In this document: piece by piece, positions 13,111-28,777 of the stretch
How positions within the stretch are numbered: position 1 is the stretch's first letter
How the letters are laid out: each line of letters begins with the position of its first letter
NCBI GenBank assembly: GCA_949358305.1
Contig: OX442314.1
Location: forward strand, 28,520,001-28,584,000
Reading direction: 5' to 3'
Source of the DNA: Strigamia acuminata
Taxonomy: Eukaryota
DNA length: 64,000 nt
Program-made: the position numbers and the translations under genes
Notes under the pieces: generated by a model
Told to the model about the DNA's origin: nothing
What the model saw: only the letters and a program-made list of their open reading frames with translations
Databases searched by the model: none

Positions 13111-15019
13111 ACCTGGAATTCACAATTCGGTTTTCACTGAACCACGGGCGAACGACCTCTGAAGTTCGTTTTAGAGTAAAATAAAAACCGAAATACACAA
13201 CCTGAATTTCGGTATTCAGCAATTCGGAGTCGGTTCCTTTTTTAAAAATCTCTCACAAACCATTTCCCATTGGTTCTAAATTACCGATTAATTTTTAAAT
13301 CCTCGCCCAATTTTGCACGTAAAAAAAAATGGCCGCTTCGTAAATTAATAACCGGTTGGATTTGACACAAATGCCATTAGATTAGAATTAAATTAAACGA
13401 TTTTTCAATGTCAAGGATTTTTCTTCAAGGATATCCGTATGAAAGACCCCAGGTGAGAGACAACTCCTCAAAAAAAAAAAAATAAAAAATTTAAAAATTA
13501 AATAGTACGAGGTCAAATCACGCCATATTGTCGGCTAGAAAATGCATTACAAAGAGCGCGTACAACAACTGTGGTAGAAACTCTCCAAATTTCCCCGAAA
13601 AACGTGAGAGCGCGAGATATTTCGTGACCCAATGACATAAATAAAATGGCGCAGGTCACGAAATATCCCACCAAATATTGGGCACATCTCGAAATTAATT
13701 AAATAAACACGAATTACGACTCTTTTCAAATCCAAACTGGCAAATTGCCACTTTTTCCACATTGGTCACATCCTTTTTAATTCGCCCATGTTAACTTTTC
13801 ATTTCGAAAAAATAAAAAAAAATAACCAAAATTCATAATCAACATGATGCAACCAAATATGCAAAAAAATAAAAACACGTGACCATCAAGGACAATGATT
13901 TTCATCGCCAGAAATAAAAAAAAAATAAAAAATAAAAAAATATATCAATGACAGAAATTTCTAACCGGAAGTACATTTTTTACGCAGGAAATACCATCAA
14001 CCAATGACCTATTCAACAGTTTTATTGGAGCGTGGATTCGTAATGTTAATTTCGTATTTCGACACCTAATGGTAATTTTTATAAACATTTCTGCTTTAAA
14101 AATGCAGTGGCGAATCGATGCAACACGAAATGTTGTTTACTATATCAGTGCATGACATGAGTAAAAAATAAAATAAAATGCAACATGCACAATGGTGGAA
14201 TTTTTTTTTTTTTTGTGGATTAAATAATTCTAACTTACGTCAAATCGCATTTTTTTTTCTTCCAATTTTGGCCACAGTAGCACACAGTTCCGCTCGTACA
14301 GGTACAACCGATCGATCGTCGAGTCTCTGGATGTTTGTCGACTCCTACCACGTGCTGATCCGCAGTAATCGTGACCTTCGTTCTGATTGGTTGAAAATGA
14401 AAATAGAGTTTCCCTCGCAATTTTTCTTGCTAAATATATTTTTAGGCATTGTTGATTAATTTGTAGTTGTTTAATTAATTATTAAGTGTTGTTTGTTGTT
14501 TTAATCCAGCTAAATTAAATATAAACTCGTTTATTTTACATCGTAGACGATTTGGTTTGTTCAATGAGGTATCATGCTGTGGGTAGTGTGTACGATTTCT
14601 AGCGTCAGAACGATGCCTCGCTTTGTGATGTATCATCACGTTTTATTAATCAGAGAAAAAAAAATTAAATTTGTGGTTAAAACTCGAGGGTAAAAGTTGA
14701 ACTATTTGTGAGCAAATTGAATAAATAAAAAAATTTAATAGTAAAAATCATGTTTTATTCGAAAGGAGCAATGAACTTCAATAAACTCTATACAATATTT
14801 TTTATTCTCATCTCCCTGTAATCAGGTGTAGCAAGAAATAAAAAAAATAAAAATAAAAAACAAAAATTTGTCTCATTAAAATAAAAAAAAATTTATTTTC
14901 AATAACATAATATCATCATAAATCTTCCATTTATTTTTCCAAGAACTTATTTACAATCAGCCATTTTGTAGTCAGCGCCTTCTGATGCCAACACATCCAA
15001 CTCCACGCCAAAACAAGCC

Positions 15020-15033
15020 GTAACCATGACCAC
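15020..15033 (+). promoter_or_regulatory. Putative RFX X-box upstream of BBS2
   Basis: GTAACCATGACCAC resembles the X-box GTNRCC-AT-RGYAAC and ends ~40 bp before the ATG of a ciliary gene. Confidence 0.45.
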
Positions 15034-15074
15034 GCTGCCAAAACAAACAAACAAAGCCGACTTTTCGTTGAAAT

Positions 15075-18000
15075 ATGCTCGTCCCGATATTTACCCTCAA
15101 CTTAAACCACCGTTTTCTGACCAATCGTGTGGCCATCGGTGTGTACGATGGAAAACACCCGTGTTTAACGGCCGCAACAACCGCCGATAAAGTGCTGATC
15201 CACTCGCCGCACATGAGAGGAACGTTCTTGGGCGGAAGAGTGTTCAGTCACGCGGTCGCATCCGACATCTCGCTGCTGAATATCAACCAATCTGTGAGTT
15301 CGTTGGCTACTGGTAATTTGGTCCCGAATGGATCCAATGACACGCTAGTAGTCGGCACTCCAAACAGTGTGTTGGCATACGATGTTTTGAACAATTCGGA
15401 TCTGTTTTATAAAGAGGTTCGGTTATAACACTGTAGTTTCGTTTAAATCGAAACTTGGTTAAATTTTAAGGGAAATTTATTTTTATAGTTACCGGACGGT
15501 GCAAGTTCGGTTGTTATAGGAGATCTTGGTTCTTCCCAAACCCCAACGGTGGTTATTGGCGGGAATTGCTCGTTGCAAGGGTTTAATAGTGAAGGAAAAG
15601 ATGTTTTTTGGACTGTAAGTTTGGAGTTTGATTTTAATTTATTTTCTTTAATAAAAAATAAAAAATAAAAATATTTTTTAGGTAACTGGGGATAATGTAT
15701 CTGCCTTGTCATTGGTTGATGTGGATGAAGATGGGGAATCTGAGGTTGAATATAATTTTTACCAAAATTTATGATGAAGTTGAATAGAAATAATTTCTTT
15801 TCCAGTTGTTGGTTGGTTCTGAGGATTTTGATGTCAGGATATTCAAAAATGAAGAAATTATAGCAGAAATGACTGAAACTGAGGTAAAACAAAAAGTGAA
15901 TAATAGCCCTGACTTAAATAGTAGCCTAGTGTGGGACACTACAGCCAGTGCGACAGCCATAAACGCAGTGTTGTGTGCGTTACTAGAATTTGGTAGCTAG
16001 TTACCGTTACCGTTACTTGGCAAAAAAAGTAACTAGTTACCAACCGTTACCGTTACATTTTTTATACCTACGTTACCGTTACCGTTACTTGGCAAAAAAA
16101 GTAACTAGTTACCAACCGTTACTGTTACATTTTTTATACCTACGTTACCGTTATCGTTATCGTTACCGTTACGTTACCGTTACATTTGCGAAAATTTCAG
16201 GCAGTCACGGCTTTGTGTTTGTTGCAAGGAAGTAAATTTGGTTACGCCTTAGCCAATGGTACAGTTGGCGTATATGATAAAGTAACAAGAAACTGGAGAA
16301 TAAAAGTAATGTGAGAAATCAAAATGTTGTACTTCACAATTTTGCAATATTTATTTACCTGTAAATGTTTTGTTTCAAGTCAAAAAATCATGCCACCAGC
16401 ATTTTGGGTTTTGATCTGGACTCTGATGGAATAGCTGAATTGGTTACTGGATGGAGTAATGGAAAGGTAAGAATAAAAAAATATACATGATAAAAATGGA
16501 ATAAATTTTATTTCTTTCATCCAGATGGATGTCAGGAGTGATCAATCTGGTGAAGTGATTTTTAAGGACAATTTTAGTCAATCCATTGCTGGACTTGTTC
16601 AAGCTGATTATAGACTTGATGGGAAAACAGAACTGATTTGCTGTTCAGTAGATGGAGAAGGTTTGATTTTAGTTTTGAATATAAATTTAAAAAATATTGC
16701 ACTTGGAGAGCAATTTTCTCTCTTTCAATTTAGTTCGAGGGTTTTTACCGGCTTCTGGTGAAATTCAGCAAAGCATGTTAGATTCCAATGTCGAGCAAGA
16801 CACAATAAGAGACTTGGTCTTAAAGAAAAATGTAAGCAATCAAATTGCTTAATGTTGCAACCTCAAAGTTTAATTTCACTTTTTCTTTGTAGAATCTCAT
16901 GATGGAATTGCAAAACTATATGGATAGTTCGAGATTGTCTGATTCAATTCAAAGCAGCAGCACAAGTTTTGACACCAGGCTTGGAATGATTCCTGTAATT
17001 AAAAAAAACAAAAACATTAAAACAGCGTTGAGAGCAAATACCGAACTGTAGCACAAAATTACACTCGCAGTACGGCATTACCACCAATGCAAAATAAAGT
17101 ACAAAAAAATAATAAAATGAAAAAATTGTCATAGCCATAATGTTCAGCCAGGTACCGGGAGAAAATATCTATTTGGCAGTTTTGCATTAGCAGTAGTGTA
17201 GTGCAATTAATCACACTGGCCTTGCAGTTAAACGAGTTTTGTTGTTTAAATGTCGTGCGCATGCCCACTGCGGGTATTGTATGAAGTGCTATGGTTTTAC
17301 AAATCTCTTATCCCTTATGCAATTGCTAAGACCTAAAAATAATAAATAATTATTATTCAAAAGGCTGATACACAACTTCAAGTTGCAATCTCAGTTTACT
17401 CGGACACAACTCACGGTGACCCTCATGTCCAGCTTGTGCTTGAAACTTCAAACGACACACTTATAAAGAGTGTGATTGTGTTTGCTGAAGGAATATTTGA
17501 AGGAGAAAGTAAAGTGGTGTAAGTTGTGTGGATGAAGTGTTTACATGTTGAGATGTTCAAACTTTTGTGTTTTGACAGACATCCAAGAGAAAATGTTCTA
17601 AGCAACAGAATTATAGTTCCAATTATTCCATCCAAAGATGTTCCAGTGGACATCCACCTCAAAGTGTTGATTGGTCACAAAGGAAGGTGAATCAAATCCT
17701 TTTCATAGTTCTGTTTATTTGTAAGAATAATTTTTAAGAATTAAATTGCAGCAACAATTTCCACGTGTTTGAAGTCAGCAGGCAATTGCCAAGGTTCTCC
17801 CTGTATGTAATATGCAAGGATACAGACGTAGCCAAACCTAATGGATTTGTGCATTTTGTTATAAATGACAGGGTTCAAAGGGTTAGTTTCCTTAATTGCT
17901 AAAAACTAATTATAAAAATATATTTTTTTTTAATTGTGACCACATTTTCAGGTTTTATTGTGGTTGAATCAAAGTTTCCTCCTGATGGAAGAAATTGAGT

Positions 18001-19060
18001 TACCGGAAACCAATATTTTAGATGTTACATTTTTATCACTAAGAAACGGACAAGTTTTGAATATAAAAATGGAACCAAATGGAGCTGTTAGTAATAGATT
18101 GACACTTTAAAAACTGGCAAAAAAAACTGTTTTCCCTCTCTAAATCAGACCTACATCAATACTGACGACATTGACTTAGCTGGAAACATAATTCAAGCTT
18201 TGGCAATATTTTTAAACATCAATGAATTGGCAGCCACTTGTGACTTCCCTGCAGAACTTGAGAGATTAAACCAGACTTTAGAAAGGGTCTGTTCCAACAC
18301 AAATCCACACAGTATCCGAACGTCGATTATGCGAACAAATCGGTTTTACGAACGCCAGTAACGCACCAATCTCCAAATCCCCACTGCAAAAAAAATGAGA
18401 TTTCCATACGGAAAGTATAATGAAAATATAGCTGTAAATGATCGTCTTTCCGCATAGTGGAAATGTGTATAGAATTCTCTGAAATTTGGTCAGGGTGCCG
18501 AAAGTCTCCCAATTAGTTCGGATAATCGACGCTCTACTGTAATTGACTTGACATTTAATTATTTCTGATGAACGCAGGTCCAAGCCTATAATTCAACCAG
18601 ACTAGCAATGATGGCCGACACTGCAGACCATTCCTCGGTGATTAGGTCACTAATTGTCAGGGCGGAAGACTGTCGCTTAATAAAAGACTAGTAAGAACAA
18701 TTCCCACCATTTTTGAACGCAAATTAATAAACGTGTATCCAGCACTAATATGAAACAGTGGTATATCAACCTGTTTGATATCAACAAGGACCTGATAAGC
18801 AACTTCAAAATCAGTAACAACAACCACCAGGAATTGCTCAATTGTTTGAAAATTGTAAACCAGACTATCCAGAAAGTGGGACAACTTCGTGGTTTGTCAT
18901 AAAATAGTTTTTAATTTTATTAATATTTTTGTTTTAAATTACAAACTTCTCTTTTACAGTTGGGAAGTCAAAGAGTATGTTGATAATGGCTTGCAGGACA
19001 GCAATTCAAAAACATAACCCAACTAGTTTGTTTAAGGTGATAAAAACAGGTGTATATTAA
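15075..19060 (+). CDS. BBS2: Bardet-Biedl syndrome 2 protein (BBSome subunit), multi-exon
   Basis: N-terminus [46 protein letters not shown]; internal [13 protein letters not shown] and [13 protein letters not shown]-terminus ...[27 protein letters not shown] introns. Confidence 0.95.
15965..16185. repeat. (CCGTTA)n-rich repeat with a ~69-bp tandem duplication in a BBS2 intron
   Basis: GTTACCGTTACCGTTACTTGGCAAAAAAAGTAACTAGTTACCAACC occurs twice. Confidence 0.8.
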
Positions 19061-19557
19061 AAAATAAATTAAAAAATGTAACATAACCTAACTTCTATTG
19101 CTTCCTGAGTTTTGTAAAACAATGAAATGAAATTTATTGTTACACAATTGTTATACATTTAATAACACAAGCACCAAAAGCCACTTAATCAAGGAAACTC
19201 CTTTGAGGCTTTTGGAATGCCAAGCACCTTCAGTAGCTTTGAAATTGAATTAAATTTTCAAGGAAGTAAATTCAGTAATTAATTATTTGGAATAACTTCA
19301 AAAATGTAACTTTGAAACTAGACACAAAAGTAGAACCCCGATAACCTGAAATTGAGGCGCCTGCACTTCAAATTCAGGGGGAATTCTATGGGTATTAAGA
19401 GTCCCCTATTTCATCTGCGCTTCTGAATCTCTTTTCAAACAATTCTGTTTTGGAGCAAATTTCAAAGCAATAAGCTTTGCCGTATAATAAGTTTTCTCAG
19501 CACAAAAACTAGTCTGCACCCTGTGGCTTGATGCCAAATCCAAACATTAAATTCTGT

Positions 19558-20048
19558 TAGGTGCGTTCAATTCTTGAAGAAAAGTCACTTTCCTTACTTT
19601 CATTCCTTCTAAAAGGCGGAAGTGATGCTTTTTAGACTTCTAAACCTGATGTTTAGAAAGTCTATTAAAATGGTCATGTCCGTCTGTCCGTCCGCGCACT
19701 TCCGGCTTCATTTCACTTTTACGTCATATGACATCATTTCCGGAAGTGTCTACATCGCGCATTTGCGACGAGTTAAATCCAACATTCGGTTTAGGGGTTT
19801 AGAAGTCTAATATGTAAATGCATCCATGCATTACAGATGTTTACTTGTTTACGTCATAATTAAAGAAAGTCAGCCTTAGATTTCTTGACTTCATTCAGTC
19901 ATTTTTTGTTCTATTATCAACTAAGAAATTAATCCATGTGTGCGTTCATTCGAAAGTTACTTTTCTAAAAGGACGGGAAGAAAAAATTACTTTTCTAAAA
20001 GGAAGGGAAGTAAAAGTCACTTTTTCTTTCTTGAATTGAATGCACCTA
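19558..20048. mobile_element. MITE (TIR TAGGTGCGTTCAATTC) containing a nested element
   Basis: Ends TAGGTGCGTTCAATTC and GAATTGAATGCACCTA, with repeated subterminal CT..TAAAAGG motifs. Confidence 0.65.
19629..19850 (+). mobile_element. DINE-1/HINE-like non-autonomous Helentron-type element
   Basis: 5' sub-TIR TAGACTTCTAAAC with an adjacent inverted partner, a GTCC/GTCT microsatellite, a 3' sub-TIR TTTAGAAGTCTA, then a short hairpin (TGTAAATGCAT...ATGCATTACA). Confidence 0.55.
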
Positions 20049-20340
20049 TTGTTTGTTTTAACTTGAAAATACAAAAGTCTAAAATTGTTTATTGCACCGA
20101 TCACTGTAATTACTTCTAAAAACATGTATTTGTTGAGTTTGTGCGCACCTAAAGAGATTTTCAGCTTGATTTTGGTATCCTGATACCAGGTGCAGCCTAC
20201 GAAAACAATTTAAACTGATACAAGTATGTTATGGAACACAAAAGTTTCAGTCATCGTAAAGTTATGAAATCAAACAGAATAGTTCTTATCTTCAGTATCA
20301 ACAAGCTGCCATTTATCAAGTGTGTACGTAGTAAAATTTA

Positions 20341-20515
20341 TATGGTCGAGCCTCGTTATAACGAATCGCAAGGGACCCGAGAAATCGGTTGGTTATAACG
20401 AAAGTTTGTTTGATCTGGTGTTCTGTGGCAAACCAGTCAACCGAGCCATTTTTAAGTATTCGTTATAACGAAAAATTCGTTATATCGTGGTTCGTTATAA
20501 CGAGGCTAGACTATA
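20341..20515. mobile_element. pogo/Tigger-like MITE
   Basis: TIR GTCGAGCCTCGTTATAACGAA / TTCGTTATAACGAGGCTAGAC with TA flanks; a truncated relative lies at ~9624-9662. Confidence 0.75.
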
Positions 20516-20910
20516 AAACTAAAAAAAAATTTCATCTACAAAATTCTATTTTTTGGCCATAAAAATTAAATTATTTGTTAAGTTATAAACCATGTTGCAG
20601 CACTGCAAATAAATCAGATTCAAAAACCTGATAAATTCATGGAAACTACAAGCTGCGATAACCATCCAAAATGTATTGCAAATAGTATGTTGTTTCATAT
20701 ATTCCACATAAAATTTAACTATTATTACAGAAAGTGATGAATTTCAAATAGAAATCTGCGCAGAAATAGGGCACACAAGTAAGTTTTACGCAATTTAAAT
20801 GATTGATTGAATGGCACCCCGTAAAATCTGCCATCAGGGCCCCAAGGACCGTAAATTCGCCACTGATTGCAAGGCACTATTGAAGCTAATTTGTTTTAAT
20901 AACTATATTT

Positions 20911-23900
20911 CTACTCGAAGATAAGAATTCTATTATTAAAATAAGCTAAAGTAAATAAGGTTGTCACTCCGGTGAGCCAACCAAGGTTCTGTAGTAATAA
21001 AATAACTAATGCTTTAGATACACTTTGTTGACTAGCTGTTTTGAGTGTTTCATTCATTTCTGGTATCTGGAATGAACAAGACATTATATTTTATACTCAT
21101 TTATCACTCAATAAAAACATTCATCTCACCATGTCTACCAATGATATGTATAAAAACATTCCTCCTGCTAAAGCAAAAATGTAAGTACTTGCTGCCGTTA
21201 ATTCTCCTAAAAGAACACCGACTATAAGGCCGAGGTAACAGGTGCACGCCGATAAGAAATTGTACATGAGGGCTTGCTTCATGGTCATGCCAGCATTTAG
21301 TAATACTGCAAAGTCACCTGGAAAAGTTTTTTTTTTTAACAAATATATTTTTTAATGGATCAAAATATTCAAAATTGTTTAATTAAAATCAAGAGCACAA
21401 AGTGTATTTTAGCAAATTAAGAAAATTTTTTTTTTGTTATTTTTAAAATAATTAGACTGACAAGTGAAGGCTCAAATGGCATCTCGCATACTCAAATTCC
21501 GAACCTGAAACTGCATTTTTTTTCAAGGCAAACTTAGTTCAAGTTCACGAATTTGAACCAATAGTTCACGTTCACTTTAATTTTTTTTTTTAAATTGACA
21601 TGTTTTTTGTTCCATTTTGTGCATTGTAGATGGAAAATAACCACTTTTTTTTTTTTTAGAAAAGTAGTCGTTTTCATGCCTTTTTATGACTAAAACGGCT
21701 ATTTTCGATTTGAAATGAACGTTTTGATGATAAAAACGTCATCAAAACAATAAAAAACAATTTTTCCAACAAAAAGTAACGCTTTTGCGACGTTTACATG
21801 ACAAGGATTCACGGTGTGTTCATTTTACATTCAAGACTAATATAAAAAATTGAAATACACGCGTGCAAATGACAAAAATTGGTAAAATTTCAGACAAAGG
21901 CTTCTAGAAATCAAATCGGCGCAGGTATCGGTATCGACCAATATTCGGTTGCTGATTACTTGGTATCGGCGATACTGCAAAATATCGATATCGGTCAAAG
22001 TCTACCTAAAACTGCTCCTGGGATATAACCGATATTGCCACTACCTGATTTTTTTAAAAAACTAATATTGATATCTAAATGATAAAATTACAACTTTGTG
22101 ACCTTGACCTTAAATTTAAAAAAAAAAAAACACTTTTTACCCAATTCATGTGGAAACTCCTCACACAATACAGCCAGTGAAATACTAACTCCAGTTAAGA
22201 TGCTCTTATTGAAAGCCGCTCCGATCGAAAGACCATCGATGAAATTGTGCAAACCATCTCCAAAAATAATCATCCAAGCCACTGTTGCAATTGCACTATC
22301 TTTTCCCGGCTTGAATTCAATATGATGCTCATGTCTGTGTTCTTGAGCCTGAATCATAACACAACTATAAAAAAATATCCCTTGCGCTAACATATCTGTG
22401 CAGTGCATTAACTACGGTATTAGAATAGCAAAACTAGAAAGGAAAACATATCACAACAGAAAATGAAAGTGAGATAATCAAAATGGCTGCTAACAAGTAC
22501 AGCAGACAAAAACCACCAAACCTAATTGAATTTTCTAACTTAAATAATAAATTTAAAAAAAAAAAACTATTTCTAAGCTATTTAATTTAAGCCTACTGGT
22601 TAGAAATGTGCAAAACCCAGCATTATCCACTAGTGTTAAAGTGTAAGCTATGCTCTCCAATAAGCAAAATGACAGAGGGCTTACATCACAAACAAATGCA
22701 ATTGAGCACAGCCAAACACTAACTTTGTTGGAATTTGCATCCTTCTTTTCAACACAGTTTTGCACTGGTGATGGAGTCTCTGAAATTTGCTTATGTGGAG
22801 ATAAACTAGTGCTCAAACACATGTTTCCCACCGAACGTTGAAACTCCTGCGAGATAGTTGCCGGCACGTACCGAAGAGTCTCCACGTCCGAATAATTACT
22901 GTTCACTTTGGAAATTGATCTCTGAAATTAGACAGGCAACATCATACAGCAAGCAAAAGGAATTCAATCAATAAAACAAACAAATAAAGGTTTTCTTTTA
23001 CCATACAATAAAGCAAATACTCAATAAATCTCTCAACCCTAGAAACCTCCAACAATCAATTGCGCATTCAATAGATAAATTAAAGATATATTAGATGCAT
23101 CTTAATGCCAAAATTACTTAAAATTTTCTATTTAGGGAAATTTTTTCCAATTTTCCAATTTTTTTTTTGCATTTTTGCCATAGATATTGATTCTGAAGTT
23201 GTTTTAATGATTGGTTGGCTCCGTAAACGTAACAAATGCATTGATTTGTAGGAATCAATTATTTCTTCGATTCTACACTGTACGTCAACCAGGGCTGGAC
23301 TGGGAACAAATTTATTGCCGGGAAATCTGGGTGTCCGGGCCACAATTAATGAAGTCGGGGCAGGCCACAGCGGGCCGCAACAGGCCACAGCGGCCACGGG
23401 CCACCGGGAAACTCCCGATAGCCTGCCGGGCCAGTCCAGCACTGACGTCAACGCATAATAATATAAATTTAGAATCCTGACAATTGACTGTTGTTTTGTA
23501 CCTGGTTGGGCACCTACCTTACGGGCCTCCAAAAGAATTTTCATAAGACATTCCGTCATGAAAAATAAATAAATTCCTCCCATGACTCCTAGAGATATAA
23601 ATAAATAACCGTGCTCTTGATCGTCATCAGAAATCAAATCAAAAGCCTGCAAAGTGAAGATATTTTTGTGTAAAATGACTAAACGGTTGGATTGATGCAA
23701 GTTACCTGTGGGAGGAGATGAAATACAGCACTTCCGGATAAACTACCGACCGCTAAACCGATGAGGAAAGTTAGCAAACGTTGGTAAAGGCTTTTACCCA
23801 TGAATGGAAGTACGCTAACTCCGACCAGAGAGCACAGGCTAATAAGAGTGACAAACAAGATGCCATAACCCCAAACTAAAAATGAAAAATAAAAATTATT

Positions 23901-24865
23901 CCAATATTTATCAAAAATTTTCAAAATCTTTTGAAAATTTCTAATATTTATCAAAAATTTTCAAATTTTTTTGAAAATTTCAAACATTTATCAAAAATTT
24001 TCAAATTTTTTTGAAAATTTCAAACATTTATCAAAAATTTTCAAATTTTTTTTCAATTTTTTTTGAAAATTTCCAAAATTTCCAAAATTATTTTCCAAAA
24101 TATTGCTAAATTTATTAAACCTGCAGATTCACAGGCAAGATTAAACCCGTTGCTAATCGATTTCAAGAATTCGCTGACCTTCTAGATGTGATGATTTGCT
24201 TGTTGATATTGGTGGTGCACTTTGGTTTCGGTCGTAAGCACAAATCCCCAATTCAATTTGCGCCAATATCGCAGGACAAAGTTTCTCAATTGTACTTTTA
24301 TCAATTTTCACATTACCATCTGTGTGTGCATACTCAATCCACTCAAACAATTCCTTTGAAGACAAACACTATGACAGAAAAAAAAAATAAAGAAAATCAA
24401 CCAAACCCTTTCAAAACATTGAACAGTCTCCAAGCACCCAAAATAACCCACAAATTACGCCAAAATGAATAAATAAACCCTTCAAAAACCACATGACATT
24501 TAAAAACAATATTTCTTCATTTTCTTTCAACTGATAACTAAATTCTAACAATTGATATAATCGATTAAACGATTATTAATTAAAAAGAATTTTTTTTTTT
24601 AAAAAAAAAGATAAAATCATCTCACTTGATTTGTCACGTTACAAACTCTCTCCTGTCCATTATTGCACTTCCATGCTTGTTGTTTATTCCTATTGTTGCC
24701 TTTAAGTCTAACAGCATCCAATAAATCTTGCAGCTCATCCAGGTTGAGCGCATTGTTGTGGCTGTTGCTGTATTTGTCAATTATCAGATCGAGTACTTGA
24801 GAATTAGTGGAAAACACTTGGAAAATGGTCACTTGAAAGACGATAAAGACAAACAGAGTCCACAT
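20911..24865 (-). CDS. LIV-1 subfamily ZIP metal transporter, ZIP8/ZIP14-like (SLC39A8/14)
   Basis: Signal-peptide-like start [20 protein letters not shown] (CPALLY-type motif); TM1-3 (VWGYG...[17 protein letters not shown]); [32 protein letters not shown] with E replacing the first H, as in ZIP8/14; C-terminus ...[10 protein letters not shown]...ILIFE*. Confidence 0.93.
23290..23444. mobile_element. hAT-type MITE in a ZIP intron
   Basis: TIR CAGGGCTGGACTGG / CCAGTCCAGCACTG; perfect 8-bp TSD ACGTCAAC (23282-23289 and 23445-23452). Confidence 0.85.
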
Positions 24866-25274
24866 TGTGTATGACTATCTCAACCTCGAGTTTCCCATGC
24901 GGATTCCACGCGCTAACTCACGTGCGGCAGTCGGGGTTCATCTGAAATCGGAAGTAGACGTGTTAAAATAGTACTGCATAATTTCGGTACGATAAAATTA
25001 CGCTTACGTCATGTGCCGACGATTTATGTTAGAGATATTTGCCGCTATCAGTATGCTCTGCCGTATCACGGACTAACCAAAGGACGATACTTAATACCCA
25101 CAAACCAAACTTTTGTTTTTCAAAAATTATATTTTTGTTTTTATAAAAAATTAATTTTTTTTTTATTAAATATTTAGTTGTTTGGTACATTTATTGATTG
25201 GTTGGATTTTTATTTTTCGAAATTTTGGATCCGGTTTGTCGCTAGACGTTGCGCGCGCATAGTAAACAAACAAA

Positions 25275-26074
25275 ATGGCCGCCGATGGCGAACAAATAAG
25301 CGAAGAAAACGGCGACACGAATCTTCAGGTGGATTGTTTCAACACCGATCCGTACGAGAAGAAATATTTCGCCTTGCTTCGTCGTTGCGAAGGCATCCAG
25401 CAAAATAATGAACGTTTAGTTAACAGAATTCATCATGTACAGAAATTACTACGAAGGCTTCGACACGAACGAAGGTGGAGTATTTTTCCCGTTTTATTTC
25501 CTAAAATATTCACAAAACGAAACGAATAATATGTTTTTTGACATTCCAGATTGCTAATAAAAAGATTAGACCACCACGGGGACGATTATCTATCCGTACC
25601 AGTGTCGTTTCCAGCCGATGTAACGAAATTTCACATTATAACCGAAAAAACCTCAAAAAACATTAATTTCATTAAATATATTAACAGGACGAAGCGGATT
25701 TATTTACCACAACATCGTCCCCGAGTGTGAAGACGAGCAAACCGCCAACATCAGACATTGGTGTTGTTAGTGGGCCGCAAAAGAAGAAAATCAAGACGGA
25801 GAACACTAAAAAGGGGAATGCAAATAGCAGCCCTTTTTATTTGATTTCACAAAGCAATAACAATAACGCGCCAATCATTGATGATATTAAAAGCGAGATC
25901 AAAGTAGATGAGAGCGCTGGAATTAAAACGTAAACAAATATATTAAACAATTTAATTAAATTGCAGAGTGAATTTACGAGCGATGATCTCGGTAAAACGT
26001 TCGCCGACGGCTGGGGCAGCGAAGAAAAGAAGAATTTATTTTACCCGTTGAATATCAAACAAGAATTGGAATAA
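25275..26074 (+). CDS. TFPT: TCF3 fusion partner / INO80 complex subunit F-like, 4 exons
   Basis: KKYFALLRRCEGIQQNNERLVNRIHHVQKLLRRLRHERR|LLIKRLDHHGDDY matches the TFPT coiled-coil core; last exon ends NIKQELE*. Confidence 0.8.
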
Positions 26075-26431
26075 ATTTAAATTGAAATAATTTTTTTTGT
26101 TATTTTTCTTATTATTTTACTTGTTATTTATTGTTTTCTGTATCCTATTGTACGAAAACCACAAAAAAAACGATAAAATTTTTTTTATAAAATAAAAAAT
26201 AAAAATAAAAAGATAAATGTGTTTCACTGACTTTATTGAGATCAAGCCAAACTGTGTGTACAAATCAACTAAGCATTGTTAATGAAGAAAAATATTACAT
26301 ATACAATGGAAGGATGCGGGTTATCGCCAAACGTCTCCGATTAATAAATTAAAAATTACTTTCCCACCAATTGAAACAAAAACAAACAAAAAAATGACAT
26401 TTTCCTTACAATTCTTTTTAGTTATTTTACT

Positions 26432-28358
<1,927 letters not shown>

Positions 28359-28777
28359 GTTGAAATTTTTAAGTCATCAAATCGTTTATGTGCGGAGCAT
28401 TTTCGCTGTTGTTTTACACCAACATCGAGGTCCTCGGATCAACGTTTCTCTTAAGTGTGCCCCTATTTGCAAAAATTAACCCGACATTCAAGGATAAGTA
28501 GACAGGAAGTAAGGATTTTTATTTTAGGAAACTACAGGGATGCCTGAATGAAAGCAAGGGGAGAAGCTTCCGGTGTGTTTCCAGTTCATGTTTCAATGGG
28601 TGGTTTTGGATTCGACACCGTGTGGTGATGTTTGCGACCAAAATGGCCGCGATTGTTTTTGTTGTCTTAATTATTATAATTATTAATAATAATAAACGCA
28701 ATTTTATTACCGAGTTAAAAGTGACAATGAAATTACATTGGATGATGGTGGTTTTTTTTTTTGGGAGGTGGGGAGGT

